Part shown: piece after piece, positions 32,546 through 42,122 of the stretch
How the letters are laid out: each line of letters begins with the position of its first letter
Numbering within the stretch: position 1 is the stretch's first letter
Source: Alphaproteobacteria bacterium
GTDB lineage: Bacteria; Pseudomonadota; Alphaproteobacteria; CALKHQ01
Length of the DNA stretch: 64,000 nt
Assembly (NCBI GenBank): GCA_965227515.1
Contig: CBDDFZ010000001.1
Span: 480,001 to 544,000, forward strand
Direction: 5' to 3'
Notes under the pieces: generated by a model
What the model was told of the DNA's origin: nothing
Seen by the model: only the letters and a program-made list of their open reading frames with translations
Database searches by the model: none
Program-made: the position numbers and the translations under genes

Positions 32546-33640
32546 TTACGCCGCTTCGATGCGCGTCCACGCCTCGTCGTAGTACTGGGTCGTCTCCTGG
32601 CCAAGGAAGAGCTGCGCCTCGCTGTTCGCCAGCACCTCGTCGGACGGGAACACCGCCGGGTTTTCCAGATAGTCGGCGTCCATCAGCTCCTTCGCCGCCG
32701 CATTCGCGGTGGCGTAATAGATGTACTCGGCGATGGCCGCATTCACCTCGGCATCGTGGATGAAGTTGATGAACGCGTGCGCGTTCTCGGGGTTTGGCGC
32801 GCCATTGGGGATGCTCAGGCAGTCCTGCCACAGCAGCCCGCCCTCCTTCGGCACCACGTAGGAGATCTCGTCGTCCTCCTCCATCACCTGCAGGATGTCG
32901 CCGTTCCATTCCATGGTCAGGTCGACCTCGCCCGACAGCAGCAGGTCCTGCCCGTTGTCTGGCGCGAAGGTCTTGATGTTGGACTTGGCGCGGATCAGCA
33001 ATTCGACCGCCTCGTCGATCTGGCTCCGGTCCTGGGTGTTCATCGAATAGCCCAGGTACTTCAGCGCCATGCCGATGACCGTGGTCGGCTCGGAGAGCAG
33101 CGCCACGCGCCCGGCGTACTGGTCGGAATCGAACAGCGCCGCCCAACTGTCCGGCACGCCATCGACCTCGGTGGTGCGATAGCCGATGCCGATGGTGCCC
33201 CACATATAGGGCAGCGAGAACTTGCGGCCGGGGTCGAAACTGGCGTCCTGGAACGCGGGCTCGATGTTGGCGATGTTCGGGATCAGGCTGTGGTCGAGCT
33301 CCTGCAGCATGTTCGCTTCCATCATCCGCTCGACGAAATCGTTGGTCGGCACGATCACGTCATAGCCGGGATTGCCCTCGCGGAAGCGCGCGAACAGCTC
33401 GGCGTTGTCGGCGAACAGATCGTAAGTGACGTCGATATCGGTGGCGTCGGTGAAGTCCGACAGCGTGCTTTCGCCGATATAGGTGTCCCAGTTGTAGACG
33501 TTCACCTCACCGGCGGCGAAGGCGCGGCGGCTGACCGCCGGCAGGGTGATGCCGATGGCGGCGACCCCCTGCAGGAAGGTGCGGCGCTTGAGCGAGAAAG
33601 GCGATGCGACGCCGCGGCGGCGGCGGTTGGGCGTCATCAT
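32546..33640 (-). CDS. Polyamine ABC substrate-binding protein (PotD/PotF/SpuD), Tat signal
   Basis: KRRTFLQG, VYNWDTYI, YDVIVP, PYMWGTIGIGY, PKEG. Confidence 0.92.
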   Translation of the reverse strand: MMTPNRRRRGVASPFSLKRRTFLQGVAAIGITLPAVSRRAFAAGEVNVYNWDTYIGESTLSDFTDATDIDVTYDLFADNAELFARFREGNPGYDVIVPTNDFVERMMEANMLQELDHSLIPNIANIEPAFQDASFDPGRKFSLPYMWGTIGIGYRTTEVDGVPDSWAALFDSDQYAGRVALLSEPTTVIGMALKYLGYSMNTQDRSQIDEAVELLIRAKSNIKTFAPDNGQDLLLSGEVDLTMEWNGDILQVMEEDDEISYVVPKEGGLLWQDCLSIPNGAPNPENAHAFINFIHDAEVNAAIAEYIYYATANAAAKELMDADYLENPAVFPSDEVLANSEAQLFLGQETTQYYDEAWTRIEAA

Positions 33641-33781
33641 TGGTTGGTCTCCCCCACAATCGAGACGGTGAATTTGGCGGTCTTGCTTGCGCGAAGTCGG
33701 CACCAGCCCGCACCGACTATTTTCAAGTCGATGCAACACCCTGCGTGGAGGACTGTCAACGCAGCATCGCGCGCGTGGAAG

Positions 33782-35167
33782 TCAGGCCGCGTTCAGGTCC
33801 CTCGCGGTGGCGTCCAGCGCCTCGCTCAGGATCGCGATCATCTCGTCGACCTCGGCGTGGCCGATCGTCAGCGGCGGTGCGAACAGCATGCTGTCGCGGG
33901 TGGCCCGCATGATCAGTCCGCTTGCGGTGCAGTGGTCGCGGCAGGTCTCCCCGGCCAGGCCGCGCGGGTCGAAAAAGCGCCGCGTGGCCTTGTCGGCGAC
34001 CAGTTCCACCGCACCGATCATGCCCTGGTGACGGATTTCGCCGACCAGTGGGTGATCGACCAGCGGCCGCAGTTTTTCGGCCAGATAGGGGCCGATGTCG
34101 TCGCGCACCCGGTCGACCAGCCCCTCGTCGCGCAAGATGCGCAGATTGGCCAGCGCGACCGCGCACGCCGCCGGATGGCCGGAATAGGTGAAGCCGTGGG
34201 CGAACTCGCCGCCGGCCGCGAACAGCCGGTCGCCGACCCGCGGCCCGACGCCGACCGCCGAGATCGGCAGGTAGCCCGACGACAGCCCCTTGGCCATGGT
34301 CATGATATCCGGCGCGATGTCGAAGGTGTCGCAACCGAACCAGTTGCCGGTTCGCCCGAAGCCGCAGATCACCTCGTCGGCGATCAGCAGGATGTCGTGC
34401 GCGCGGCAGATGCGCTGGATTTCCGGCCAATAGGTGGCGGGCGGCACGATCACGCCGCCGGCGCCCATGATGGGTTCGCCGATGAACGCGGCGACGTGCT
34501 GCGGGCCGATATCGCGGATGCGCTGCTCCACCCAGCCCGCCGCGCGCAGGCCGAAGTCCTCGGGACCGAGGTCGCCGCCGAGTTCGTACCAGTAGGGCGG
34601 ATCGACATGGGTGAAACCCGGCAGCGGCAGGCCGTCCAATTCGTGCATCGCGGCCATGCCGCCCATGCTGGCGCTGGCCATGGTCGAGCCGTGATAACCC
34701 CAGTAGCGCCCGATGAAGACGGTCTTTTCCGGCTTGCCCTCGGCGCGCCAGTAATGACGCACCATGCGCGCGATGGTGTCGTTCGCCTCCGAGCCGGAGT
34801 TGGCGAAGAAGAACCGGTCGATCCCCTGCGGGGTCAGGACCGACAGCGCCGCCGACAGCTCGGCCGCCGGCGGATGCGTGGTCTTGAAGAAGGTGTTGTA
34901 GTAGGGCAGCTCCAGGAGCTGGCGATAGGCGGCCTCGGCCAGTTCCTTGCGCCCGTAGCCGACATTGACGCACCACAGCCCGGCCATGGCGTCCAGGTAC
35001 CGCCGGCCGTCGGCATCCCAGATATAGACCCCATCGGCGCCGGTGATCACCCGGCTGCCCTGCGCCGCCAGCGACGCGAACTCGGTGAACGGGTGCAGGT
35101 GGTGCGCGGCATCGTGGGTCTGCAAGTCGCTGAACCCCGCCGGCGGGGCGGTCGTGGTCGTCGTCAT
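33782..35167 (-). CDS. Class III PLP aminotransferase (putrescine/omega-amino acid:pyruvate, SpuC-like)
   Basis: HHLHPFT, DAMAGLWCVNVGYG, SGSEAND, GEPIMGAGG, ADEVICGFGR, AKGLSSGY. Confidence 0.92.
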   Translation of the reverse strand: MTTTTTAPPAGFSDLQTHDAAHHLHPFTEFASLAAQGSRVITGADGVYIWDADGRRYLDAMAGLWCVNVGYGRKELAEAAYRQLLELPYYNTFFKTTHPPAAELSAALSVLTPQGIDRFFFANSGSEANDTIARMVRHYWRAEGKPEKTVFIGRYWGYHGSTMASASMGGMAAMHELDGLPLPGFTHVDPPYWYELGGDLGPEDFGLRAAGWVEQRIRDIGPQHVAAFIGEPIMGAGGVIVPPATYWPEIQRICRAHDILLIADEVICGFGRTGNWFGCDTFDIAPDIMTMAKGLSSGYLPISAVGVGPRVGDRLFAAGGEFAHGFTYSGHPAACAVALANLRILRDEGLVDRVRDDIGPYLAEKLRPLVDHPLVGEIRHQGMIGAVELVADKATRRFFDPRGLAGETCRDHCTASGLIMRATRDSMLFAPPLTIGHAEVDEMIAILSEALDATARDLNAA

Positions 35168-35170
35168 CTA

Positions 35171-35991
35171 GGGCCTGTTGAGATTCATCGCGAGTTTATG
35201 ACAGCTGCTGCGAGATGGATGATGGCGTTGAAGCTTGTGTCGGTTTTGTCTGCACGCATGGCGATTCGCTTGAACTCTTTGAGTTTGCAGAAGAAGTTTT
35301 CGATCAGATGACGCCATTTGTACATCTCGGCGTCGATTTGCAGCGGGCTGGCGCGGCGCGGATGCTGGGATATGACGATCTTGGCACCGCGCTCGTTGAG
35401 GTCAGCAACGATGGCGCTGGTGTCGAACGCTTTGTCCGCGATCATCGCCTTGAAGGAGAGTCCGTCGATGAGCGGCGGCACGCCAACCGTATCGTAGCGA
35501 TGGCCGGGCAGGAGCACGAAACGCACCAGATTGCCAAGCGCATCACACAGCGCGAGGATCTTCGTCGTCATCCCGCCCTTGGAGCGGCCGATGGCCTGGC
35601 TTTGAGTCCCCCTTTTGCGCCCTGGCCGTGGCGGTGCACCTTGACAATGGTGGCATCAACCATGGCGTATTCCATGTCCGGCTCGTCCAAGCAGGCCTCG
35701 AACAGCCGCACGAAGACGTCTGCTTTGACCCAGTCGCGGTATCGCTTAAAGACCGTGTTCCAAGGGCCAAAAGATGTCGGGAGATCACGCCACGGGCTGC
35801 CCGTACGCACCACCCACAGCACGGCTTCGACAAAGCGCCGGTTGTCAGCGCCACTGCGGCCCGGATCGCTCGGCTTGCCCAAGCAATGGGGTTCCATCTT
35901 CGCCCATTGGGCGTCACTCAGTACGAATCGTTCCATCCGAAGCTTGAATCACAACCAAGCACGGAGAGGAATCCTGAATCTCAACAGGCCT
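35171..35991 (-). mobile_element. IS5-family insertion sequence, copy 2, 821 bp (OrfA 35568-35936, OrfB 35185-35571)
   Basis: Same TIRs and TA duplication; translated ORFs identical to copy 1; opposite orientation. Confidence 0.93.
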
Positions 35992-36264
35992 TAGAGCGTA
36001 TTCAATGTAATCGTGATCAATTCTGTTTCCTGTCCGGCGAGGCAGTCCGGCAGGAGCGGTCCGCAGCGCGATGCCGAAGCATCGGGCAAGGATCGCGACG
36101 CAGCGGATGCCCGCCGGGTGGAAACCCATGTGGGCCGGGCGCCGTTGGCCGGAGGCCGCGTCGCTCGTCCTCGAATATGCTTCGGCATGTCCTTCGTCCT
36201 CGCTCCTAACCTCCGGCCAATGGCGCTCCGGCAGAATGACCTCGATTGCACTGAACACGCTCTA
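35992..36264. mobile_element. Non-autonomous MITE with IS630-type TAGAGC termini
   Basis: ~33-bp imperfect TIRs TAGAGCGTATTCAATGTAATCGTGATCAATTCTG / TAGAGCGTGTTCAGTGCAATCGAGGTCATTCTG; internal inverted ~53-bp units; no transposase. Confidence 0.8.
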
Positions 36265-36336
36265 GGCGTGATCCGTGGCTGAAGGGGCGCGTGCTGTGCA
36301 ACGCCGCGCAGCAGATTATCCACTATTGGCGGCACC

Positions 36337-37704
36337 TCATAGCGGCAGGCGCACCACCGCGCGCAGGCCCCCGGCGGGCGAGGTGTGCAGGGTCAGGTCG
36401 CCGCCATGGCCGCGCACGACGTCGCGGGCGATGGTCAAGCCCAGCCCAACGCCGCCGGTGGACGGATTGCGCGACGGGTCGAGCCGGTGGAACGGGCGGA
36501 ACACATCCTCGCGGTCGGCCTCGTCGATGCCGGGGCCGTCGTCGTCGATGGTGATCTCCACCGCTTTGCCGCGCCGTGCCGCGGTCACCGATACCTTCTC
36601 GGCATAGCGCAGCGCGTTCGACAGCAGATTGCCGATGCAGCGCCGGAATGCGTTCGGGCGGATCACCAGCCGGCTCTTGGTCGTGCCGGAGAAGCTGACC
36701 TCGCCGCCCTGCCGGCGCGCGCCCGCCACCAGGTCCTCCAGCAACGGGTCGATGTCGGTCTCCACCGCCGGTTCCTCGCCCTCGCCGCGCGCGAAAGCCA
36801 GATACCCCTCGATCATGCTTTCCATCTCGCCGATGTCGCGCCTCAAATCGTCGACATCGGGGCCGTCGCCCAGCATGGCCAGTTGCAGGCGCATGCGGGT
36901 GAGCGGCGTCTTCAGGTCGTGGCTGACTCCGGCCAGCATCTCGGTGCGCTGCTGCATCTGGCGCTGGATGCGGTCGCGCATCAGCCCGAAGGCGCGTGCC
37001 GCCTGGCGCACTTCCGACGCGCCCTGGGGCCTGAACTCGCCCACCTGCTGGCCCTTGCCGAACCGGTCGACCGCGCGGGCGAGCCGGCGGATCGGCCTGA
37101 TCTGGTTGCGCATGAAGATGATGGCGATGGTGAACAGGATGATCGAGGTACCGACCATCCAGATCACGAAGACATAGGTGGTGAAGCTGAACAGGCGCTC
37201 GCGCGGGGCGATCACCTGCAAGACGCCGTTCTCGAGCTGGATCCTGATCTCGACCTGCCGGTCGCCGTAATCGGCATCGACGGTGAACGGCCGCTCGATC
37301 CGCGCGACGATCTCCTCGGCAAGCTTGGTGCTGAGGGTGTCGCGCCCCGGCTCCGGCAGCGGGTCCGGCAGCACCTCGCCCTCGTGCATGCGGAACTGCA
37401 AGCCCAGCCGGCGCATGGCGTAGAACGCGGCCAGGCTCTCCGAATCCGTGGCGTCCAGCCGGTCGCGGATGTCGATCACCAGGGCGATCTCGGCGACCAC
37501 GGCACCGGCCAGCCGGCGCGCGATCAGGTCCCAGTGGTTTTCGTAGAAGATGAAGGCCAACCAGACCTGCAACAGCACCGCCGGGGTGACGATGATCATC
37601 AGCGCCCGGCCGAGCAGGCTCTTCGGCAGCACCGCCTTGACGCGCTGGCGGATGTTCATGCGCCGCGGCCCGGATCCGGCGCGCGTATTTGGGATCGCGA
37701 CCAC
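36337..37704 (-). CDS. EnvZ-like sensor histidine kinase
   Basis: Two TMs, HAMP, H-box SHDLKTPLTR, N-box NLLSNALRY, DDGPG, GLGL; start may be 37659. Confidence 0.93.
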   Translation of the reverse strand: MVAIPNTRAGSGPRRMNIRQRVKAVLPKSLLGRALMIIVTPAVLLQVWLAFIFYENHWDLIARRLAGAVVAEIALVIDIRDRLDATDSESLAAFYAMRRLGLQFRMHEGEVLPDPLPEPGRDTLSTKLAEEIVARIERPFTVDADYGDRQVEIRIQLENGVLQVIAPRERLFSFTTYVFVIWMVGTSIILFTIAIIFMRNQIRPIRRLARAVDRFGKGQQVGEFRPQGASEVRQAARAFGLMRDRIQRQMQQRTEMLAGVSHDLKTPLTRMRLQLAMLGDGPDVDDLRRDIGEMESMIEGYLAFARGEGEEPAVETDIDPLLEDLVAGARRQGGEVSFSGTTKSRLVIRPNAFRRCIGNLLSNALRYAEKVSVTAARRGKAVEITIDDDGPGIDEADREDVFRPFHRLDPSRNPSTGGVGLGLTIARDVVRGHGGDLTLHTSPAGGLRAVVRLPL

Positions 37705-38415
37705 CTAATCCGGCACCAGCACGTAGCCGATGCCCCGCACGGTCTGGATGTAGCGCGGCTGGCGGGGGTCCGGCTCGATCTTGCGCCTGAGCCGCGTGAT
37801 CTGCACATCCACGGCGCGCGCAGTCCCGGTGTCGCTGTCGTCGATCAGGTCGTCGCGCGACACCGGACGGTTGGCGGAGGCGGCCAGCACCCGCAGCAGG
37901 CCGACTTCGCCCGAGGTGAGGCGCACCGGCGCGTCGCCATCGGTCAGCCGGCCGGACACCGGCTCGAACACCACCTTGCCGAAGCTTATCGGCGGCACCT
38001 CCTCCACCACGGGCACCGCCTTGGCCCGGCGCAGGATGCTCTGGATCCGCAACAGCAGCTCACGCGGCTCGAACGGCTTGGCCAGATAGTCGTCGGCGCC
38101 ATGCTCCAGGCCGGTGATCCGATCCTCCGGCTCGCCACGCGCGGTCAGCAACAGGATCGGCACGTCGTTGGTGCGGCGCAGCTCGCGCGTCCAGTCCAGG
38201 CCCGACTGGCCCGGCATCATGATGTCGAGGACCAGCGCGTCGAAATCGAACAGGCCCATCTGGTGCTTGGCCTGCCGGGTGTCGGCGGCCACGGTCACCC
38301 GAAAGCCGGTTTCGGCCAGATAGCGCTGCAGCAGCCGGCGCAGGCGCTCGTCGTCGTCGACCACCAGTACATGCGGTGCCTCGTCATCGACCGGTCCTGG
38401 CGCGGATGCCGACAT
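37705..38415 (-). CDS. OmpR-family response regulator (PetR-like)
   Basis: VVDDD, LDIMMPG, GADDYLAKPF, RAVDVQITRLRRKIE, TVRGIGY. Confidence 0.93.
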   Translation of the reverse strand: MSASAPGPVDDEAPHVLVVDDDERLRRLLQRYLAETGFRVTVAADTRQAKHQMGLFDFDALVLDIMMPGQSGLDWTRELRRTNDVPILLLTARGEPEDRITGLEHGADDYLAKPFEPRELLLRIQSILRRAKAVPVVEEVPPISFGKVVFEPVSGRLTDGDAPVRLTSGEVGLLRVLAASANRPVSRDDLIDDSDTGTARAVDVQITRLRRKIEPDPRQPRYIQTVRGIGYVLVPD

Positions 38416-38430
38416 CTTCCGGACGCCGCG

Positions 38431-38937
38431 CTACTTGCGGTCCGGCCGCGGCCGCGGCGCCGGCAACGGCATGTCCCTGTTATGCTCGTCCATGATGCCG
38501 GACATCACCTTCTTGAACCCCTCCACCGCCTCGGCGCCGGCCTCGCGATAGGCCCGCGCCACCCGGGCGCGCTGGTTGGCGGTCAGCTCGTGTTCGAGTT
38601 GATGGCCCTTGTCAGTGAGATAGAGCAGGCGCTGGCGCCTGTCTTCCACCCCGGTCACCTGCTCGATGTAGCCGTCCTGCACCAGGCGGCTGAGCACCCG
38701 CGACAGGCTCTGCTTGGTGATCTTCAGCACGCCGAGCAGGTCGCTGACCGTCAGCCCCGCCGACCGGCCGACGAAGTAGATCACCCGGTGATGCGCCCGC
38801 CCAAGGTTGCGCTTGGCCAGGATGGTGTCCGGCTCGCCGGTGAAATCGCGATAGGCATAAAACAGCAGCTCGATGCCCAACCGCAGCTCCTGGTCGCGCA
38901 GGAACAGCGGATTGGGCGGAATTTTTATGTCAGCCAT
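38431..38937 (-). CDS. MarR-family regulator (PetP-like)
   Basis: IELLFYAYRDFT, GRAHHR, ITKQSLSRVL, DRRQRLL. Confidence 0.9.
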   Translation of the reverse strand: MADIKIPPNPLFLRDQELRLGIELLFYAYRDFTGEPDTILAKRNLGRAHHRVIYFVGRSAGLTVSDLLGVLKITKQSLSRVLSRLVQDGYIEQVTGVEDRRQRLLYLTDKGHQLEHELTANQRARVARAYREAGAEAVEGFKKVMSGIMDEHNRDMPLPAPRPRPDRK

Positions 38938-38946
38938 GTTGACATA
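38926..38946. promoter_or_regulatory. Palindromic operator overlapping the MarR start codon
   Basis: TATGTCA-N7-TGACATA; includes TTGACA, a possible -35 for ilvE. Confidence 0.65.
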
Positions 38947-39081
38947 TCTTTTTTCGGATGTTACGCATGATACCTACAGACGGAAACGAAGTTGCGTCAC
39001 AGGGCCGCTGGGCGGACATTCATTGCGGCAGGCGCGTTTCGAGGCTCCACGGGCAACTCCTTTCAGTGGGAACGACAACCA

Positions 39082-39993
39082 ATGGCTCTCATCCCTTTCG
39101 ACGACCGCGATGGCAAAATCTGGTTCAATGGCGAGTTTATCGACTGGCGGGACGCGAGGGTACACGTTCTGAGCCACGCCTTGCACTATGCGAGTGCGGT
39201 GTTCGAGGGCGAGCGGGTCTATGGCGGTGACGTCTTCAAGCTGACCGAGCATTCCGAGCGCCTGATTTTCTCCGGCAAGGTTCTGGATTTCGACATTCCG
39301 TACTCGGTCGAAGAGCTGGACACGGCGACGATGGAAACGTGCCGCGTGAACAGCATCGGCGACGGCTATGTGCGGCCGATCGCGTGGCGCGGCAGCGAGA
39401 TGATGGGGGTTTCGGCGCAGAACACCCGCATCAACGTCGCCATCGCCACCTGGCAGTGGCCGGCCTATTTCACGCCGGAAGCACGGTTGCAGGGCATTCG
39501 CATGGCTTTCGCCAAGTACCGCCGCCCGGCGCCCGAGACGGCACCGGTGCACGCCAAGGCGGCCGGTCTCTACATGATCTGCACGCTGTCGAAGCACGAG
39601 GCGGAGCGCAACGGCTACAACGATGCGCTGATGCTGGACTGGCGCGGCCAGATCGCCGAGGCCACCGGCGCCAACATCTTCCTGGTGCAGGACGGCGTGC
39701 TGCACACGCCCAAGCCGGACTGTTTCCTGGACGGCATCACCCGCCGCACCGCCATCGATCTGGCCAAGGCACGCGGCTATGAGGTGGTCGAGCGCGCAAT
39801 CATGCCCGACGAGCTGGCCCGCACCGACGAGGTGTTCATCACCGGCACCGCCGTGGAAGTGACGCCGGTGCGCGAGATCGGGCCCTATCAGTTCAAGGTC
39901 GGCGACGTCTGCCGCACCCTGGTCGAGGACTTCGACAACATGGTGCAGCGCCGTGACGCCAATGCCGCGGCCGCCCAGGCAGTGGCAGTCTAG
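39082..39993 (+). CDS. ilvE: Branched-chain amino acid aminotransferase
   Basis: ALHYASAVFEG, YVRP, AKAAGLY, EATGANIF, LDGITR, TGTAVEVTPV. Confidence 0.95.
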   Translation: MALIPFDDRDGKIWFNGEFIDWRDARVHVLSHALHYASAVFEGERVYGGDVFKLTEHSERLIFSGKVLDFDIPYSVEELDTATMETCRVNSIGDGYVRPIAWRGSEMMGVSAQNTRINVAIATWQWPAYFTPEARLQGIRMAFAKYRRPAPETAPVHAKAAGLYMICTLSKHEAERNGYNDALMLDWRGQIAEATGANIFLVQDGVLHTPKPDCFLDGITRRTAIDLAKARGYEVVERAIMPDELARTDEVFITGTAVEVTPVREIGPYQFKVGDVCRTLVEDFDNMVQRRDANAAAAQAVAV

Positions 39994-40149
39994 CGCCAAT
40001 CTACTGATTTCGTTCGATGTTCCCAGGGCGGCGCCGATGCGCCGCCCTCTTGCGTTTGTGCTGCCGCAACTCCGCCGTATTGTGCCGCTGGACTGCCGGC
40101 CCATTCAACGGGGCCAGTCCCCCGATCCCCCCGCCCGAAGGAGCGCGCG

Positions 40150-42075
40150 ATGACGGTTCACCACAGGTCGGTTGCGCAAGCGATCCTCAACCTGGCCTTC
40201 GACCGGCGCGCGCTGCTGCGCGGCAGCGCGGCGACCGCACTGCTGGCGCCCCTGCATCCGGCGCTGGCCCAGGACGGCGATGCAAGCCCGGGCGGCTCCG
40301 CGCCGGGCATCGACATTCACTGCCACATCTTCAACGCCGCCGACCTGCCGATCCGCGGTTTCGTGGAGAACGTCGTCTTCCAGCTCGAGGACTTCGGGCA
40401 GTGGCCGAACGAGGTGCTGCCGGAGCTGAACGACGTGCTGCCGGAGCTTCTGGAGCTGATCGTCGCCATCCTGAAGACCGGCGCCCCAAGTGCTGCTGAG
40501 GAACTGGCGCTGCTGCCGGCCCCTGAAGACGCAACCGATCCGCGCTGGAACGAGGATGCCGGCACCGGGCTGGACGACTGGAACACGGACAAGGAGCGGA
40601 TCTCGCGCGCCATGGGCGAGTATTTCGCCGCCCTGTTCACCGACATTGCCGATTCCGACATCCTGTCGCTGTTCGAGGAGCCCGACCTGAATAACCTCTT
40701 GGGGGCGGTCCAGTCCGGCCTGCAGATCCAGAGCCGCATCGTGCTGTTGCGGCGGCTGGTGGACGAGGTGCGCGAAAAACTGGCCACCGAAGGCGCGGAC
40801 ATCGACCTGGATATCGACGACCTGATCGACTTCGACGTCGATTTCGACATCGACCTGGATCTCGACCTCGACTTCGACATGGCCGCCGACCTGCTGCGCG
40901 GCAATTTCAGCGGCACCGACGAGATCGTCGATGCGATGACCGATGCGCTGCAGCAGGTGGTGGAGCACGTGCTGGACTGCGACGGCGACCTGTGCCGCGT
41001 CATCGGCTGGACCCGCCGCTTCCTGCGCTACCGCTACCAGAACGCCAACCGGCTGATCGCGCTGTATGGGGAGGACGCCAATCTGGGGCTGGTCACACCG
41101 GCCGTCGTCGACCTGTCGTACTGGCTGGCCGACGCGCCGCAGCAGGATTCGGAACTGGCGGCGCAGATCGAGGTGATGCACCGCATCTCGCTCACCCGCG
41201 ACGCGGTGAAGGTGCACGGCTTCGTGCCGTTCGACCCCTGGCGCGACATTGCGCCGGCGCGCGAGGACCGCCGCTTCGAGCCGCCCGGCCCGTCGTTCGC
41301 GATGGTGGAAACGGCGATCGCCACCCAGGGCTTCGTCGGCGTCAAGCTCTATCCGCCGATGGGCTTCCAACCCGCCGACAACCATCGCTCAGAGCGATAT
41401 CCGCGCGAGTTACGCCGCATCCGCGGCTTCGACGACAAGATGAACGCGGCCCTGGACCATCTGTTCGGCTGGTGCGCCGCCAACGGCGTGCCGGTGATGA
41501 CCCATACCGCCAACAGCCAGGCCGCCGGCGACGATTTCGGCGAACGGGCCGACCCGCGCCACTGGCTGGCGGTGTTGGAACGGCACCCGGAACTCAGGCT
41601 GAACCTGGCGCACTTCGGCAATTTCACCGCCGCGATGCACATCGACGGCCGACCCGAGGACACCTGGGAATGGACCATCGGCGCGATGATGGCCGCACCG
41701 GCCTTCCCCAACATCTATGCCGACATCAGCCATTTTGCCGAAGTCTTCAACGACCGGGTGCCGGCGACAGTGCGCAACCGCATCGCCAACCTGCTGGCCC
41801 AGTTTATCGAGGCATTCGATCCCGGACTCGACTACCTGATGTTCGGCACCGACTGGGTGATGACCGGCATCGAGCGCGGCTATCGCGGCAATGTGGACGG
41901 GGTGCGTGACCTGCTCGCGGAGATCGGCGTGGGCGCGGACGGTCAGGCAAGGGTGTTTGGCGGCAACGCGGCCCGCTTCCTCGGCCTGCAGTCCGGCGAA
42001 CAGAACCGCGGGCGGCTGGAGAAGTATTATGCCCAGCATGGCCTGGATGCCGGCTGGCTCAGCCGGTTTGGCTGA
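40150..42075 (+). CDS. Tat-type metal-dependent amidohydrolase (Amidohydro_2-like) with a large acidic insert
   Basis: DRRALLRG signal; IDIHCH, GVKLYPPMG, VMTH, LAHFG, YADIS, FGTDW. Confidence 0.85.
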   Translation: MTVHHRSVAQAILNLAFDRRALLRGSAATALLAPLHPALAQDGDASPGGSAPGIDIHCHIFNAADLPIRGFVENVVFQLEDFGQWPNEVLPELNDVLPELLELIVAILKTGAPSAAEELALLPAPEDATDPRWNEDAGTGLDDWNTDKERISRAMGEYFAALFTDIADSDILSLFEEPDLNNLLGAVQSGLQIQSRIVLLRRLVDEVREKLATEGADIDLDIDDLIDFDVDFDIDLDLDLDFDMAADLLRGNFSGTDEIVDAMTDALQQVVEHVLDCDGDLCRVIGWTRRFLRYRYQNANRLIALYGEDANLGLVTPAVVDLSYWLADAPQQDSELAAQIEVMHRISLTRDAVKVHGFVPFDPWRDIAPAREDRRFEPPGPSFAMVETAIATQGFVGVKLYPPMGFQPADNHRSERYPRELRRIRGFDDKMNAALDHLFGWCAANGVPVMTHTANSQAAGDDFGERADPRHWLAVLERHPELRLNLAHFGNFTAAMHIDGRPEDTWEWTIGAMMAAPAFPNIYADISHFAEVFNDRVPATVRNRIANLLAQFIEAFDPGLDYLMFGTDWVMTGIERGYRGNVDGVRDLLAEIGVGADGQARVFGGNAARFLGLQSGEQNRGRLEKYYAQHGLDAGWLSRFG

Positions 42076-42122
42076 TCGGCGTTACTCTTGCCATGAGAGA
42101 GCAGTGGCAAATGAACCAATAC

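Noticed and set aside
35991-36335. Short ORFs across the MITE
   Set aside because: No protein motifs; the sequence is explained by TIRs and hairpins
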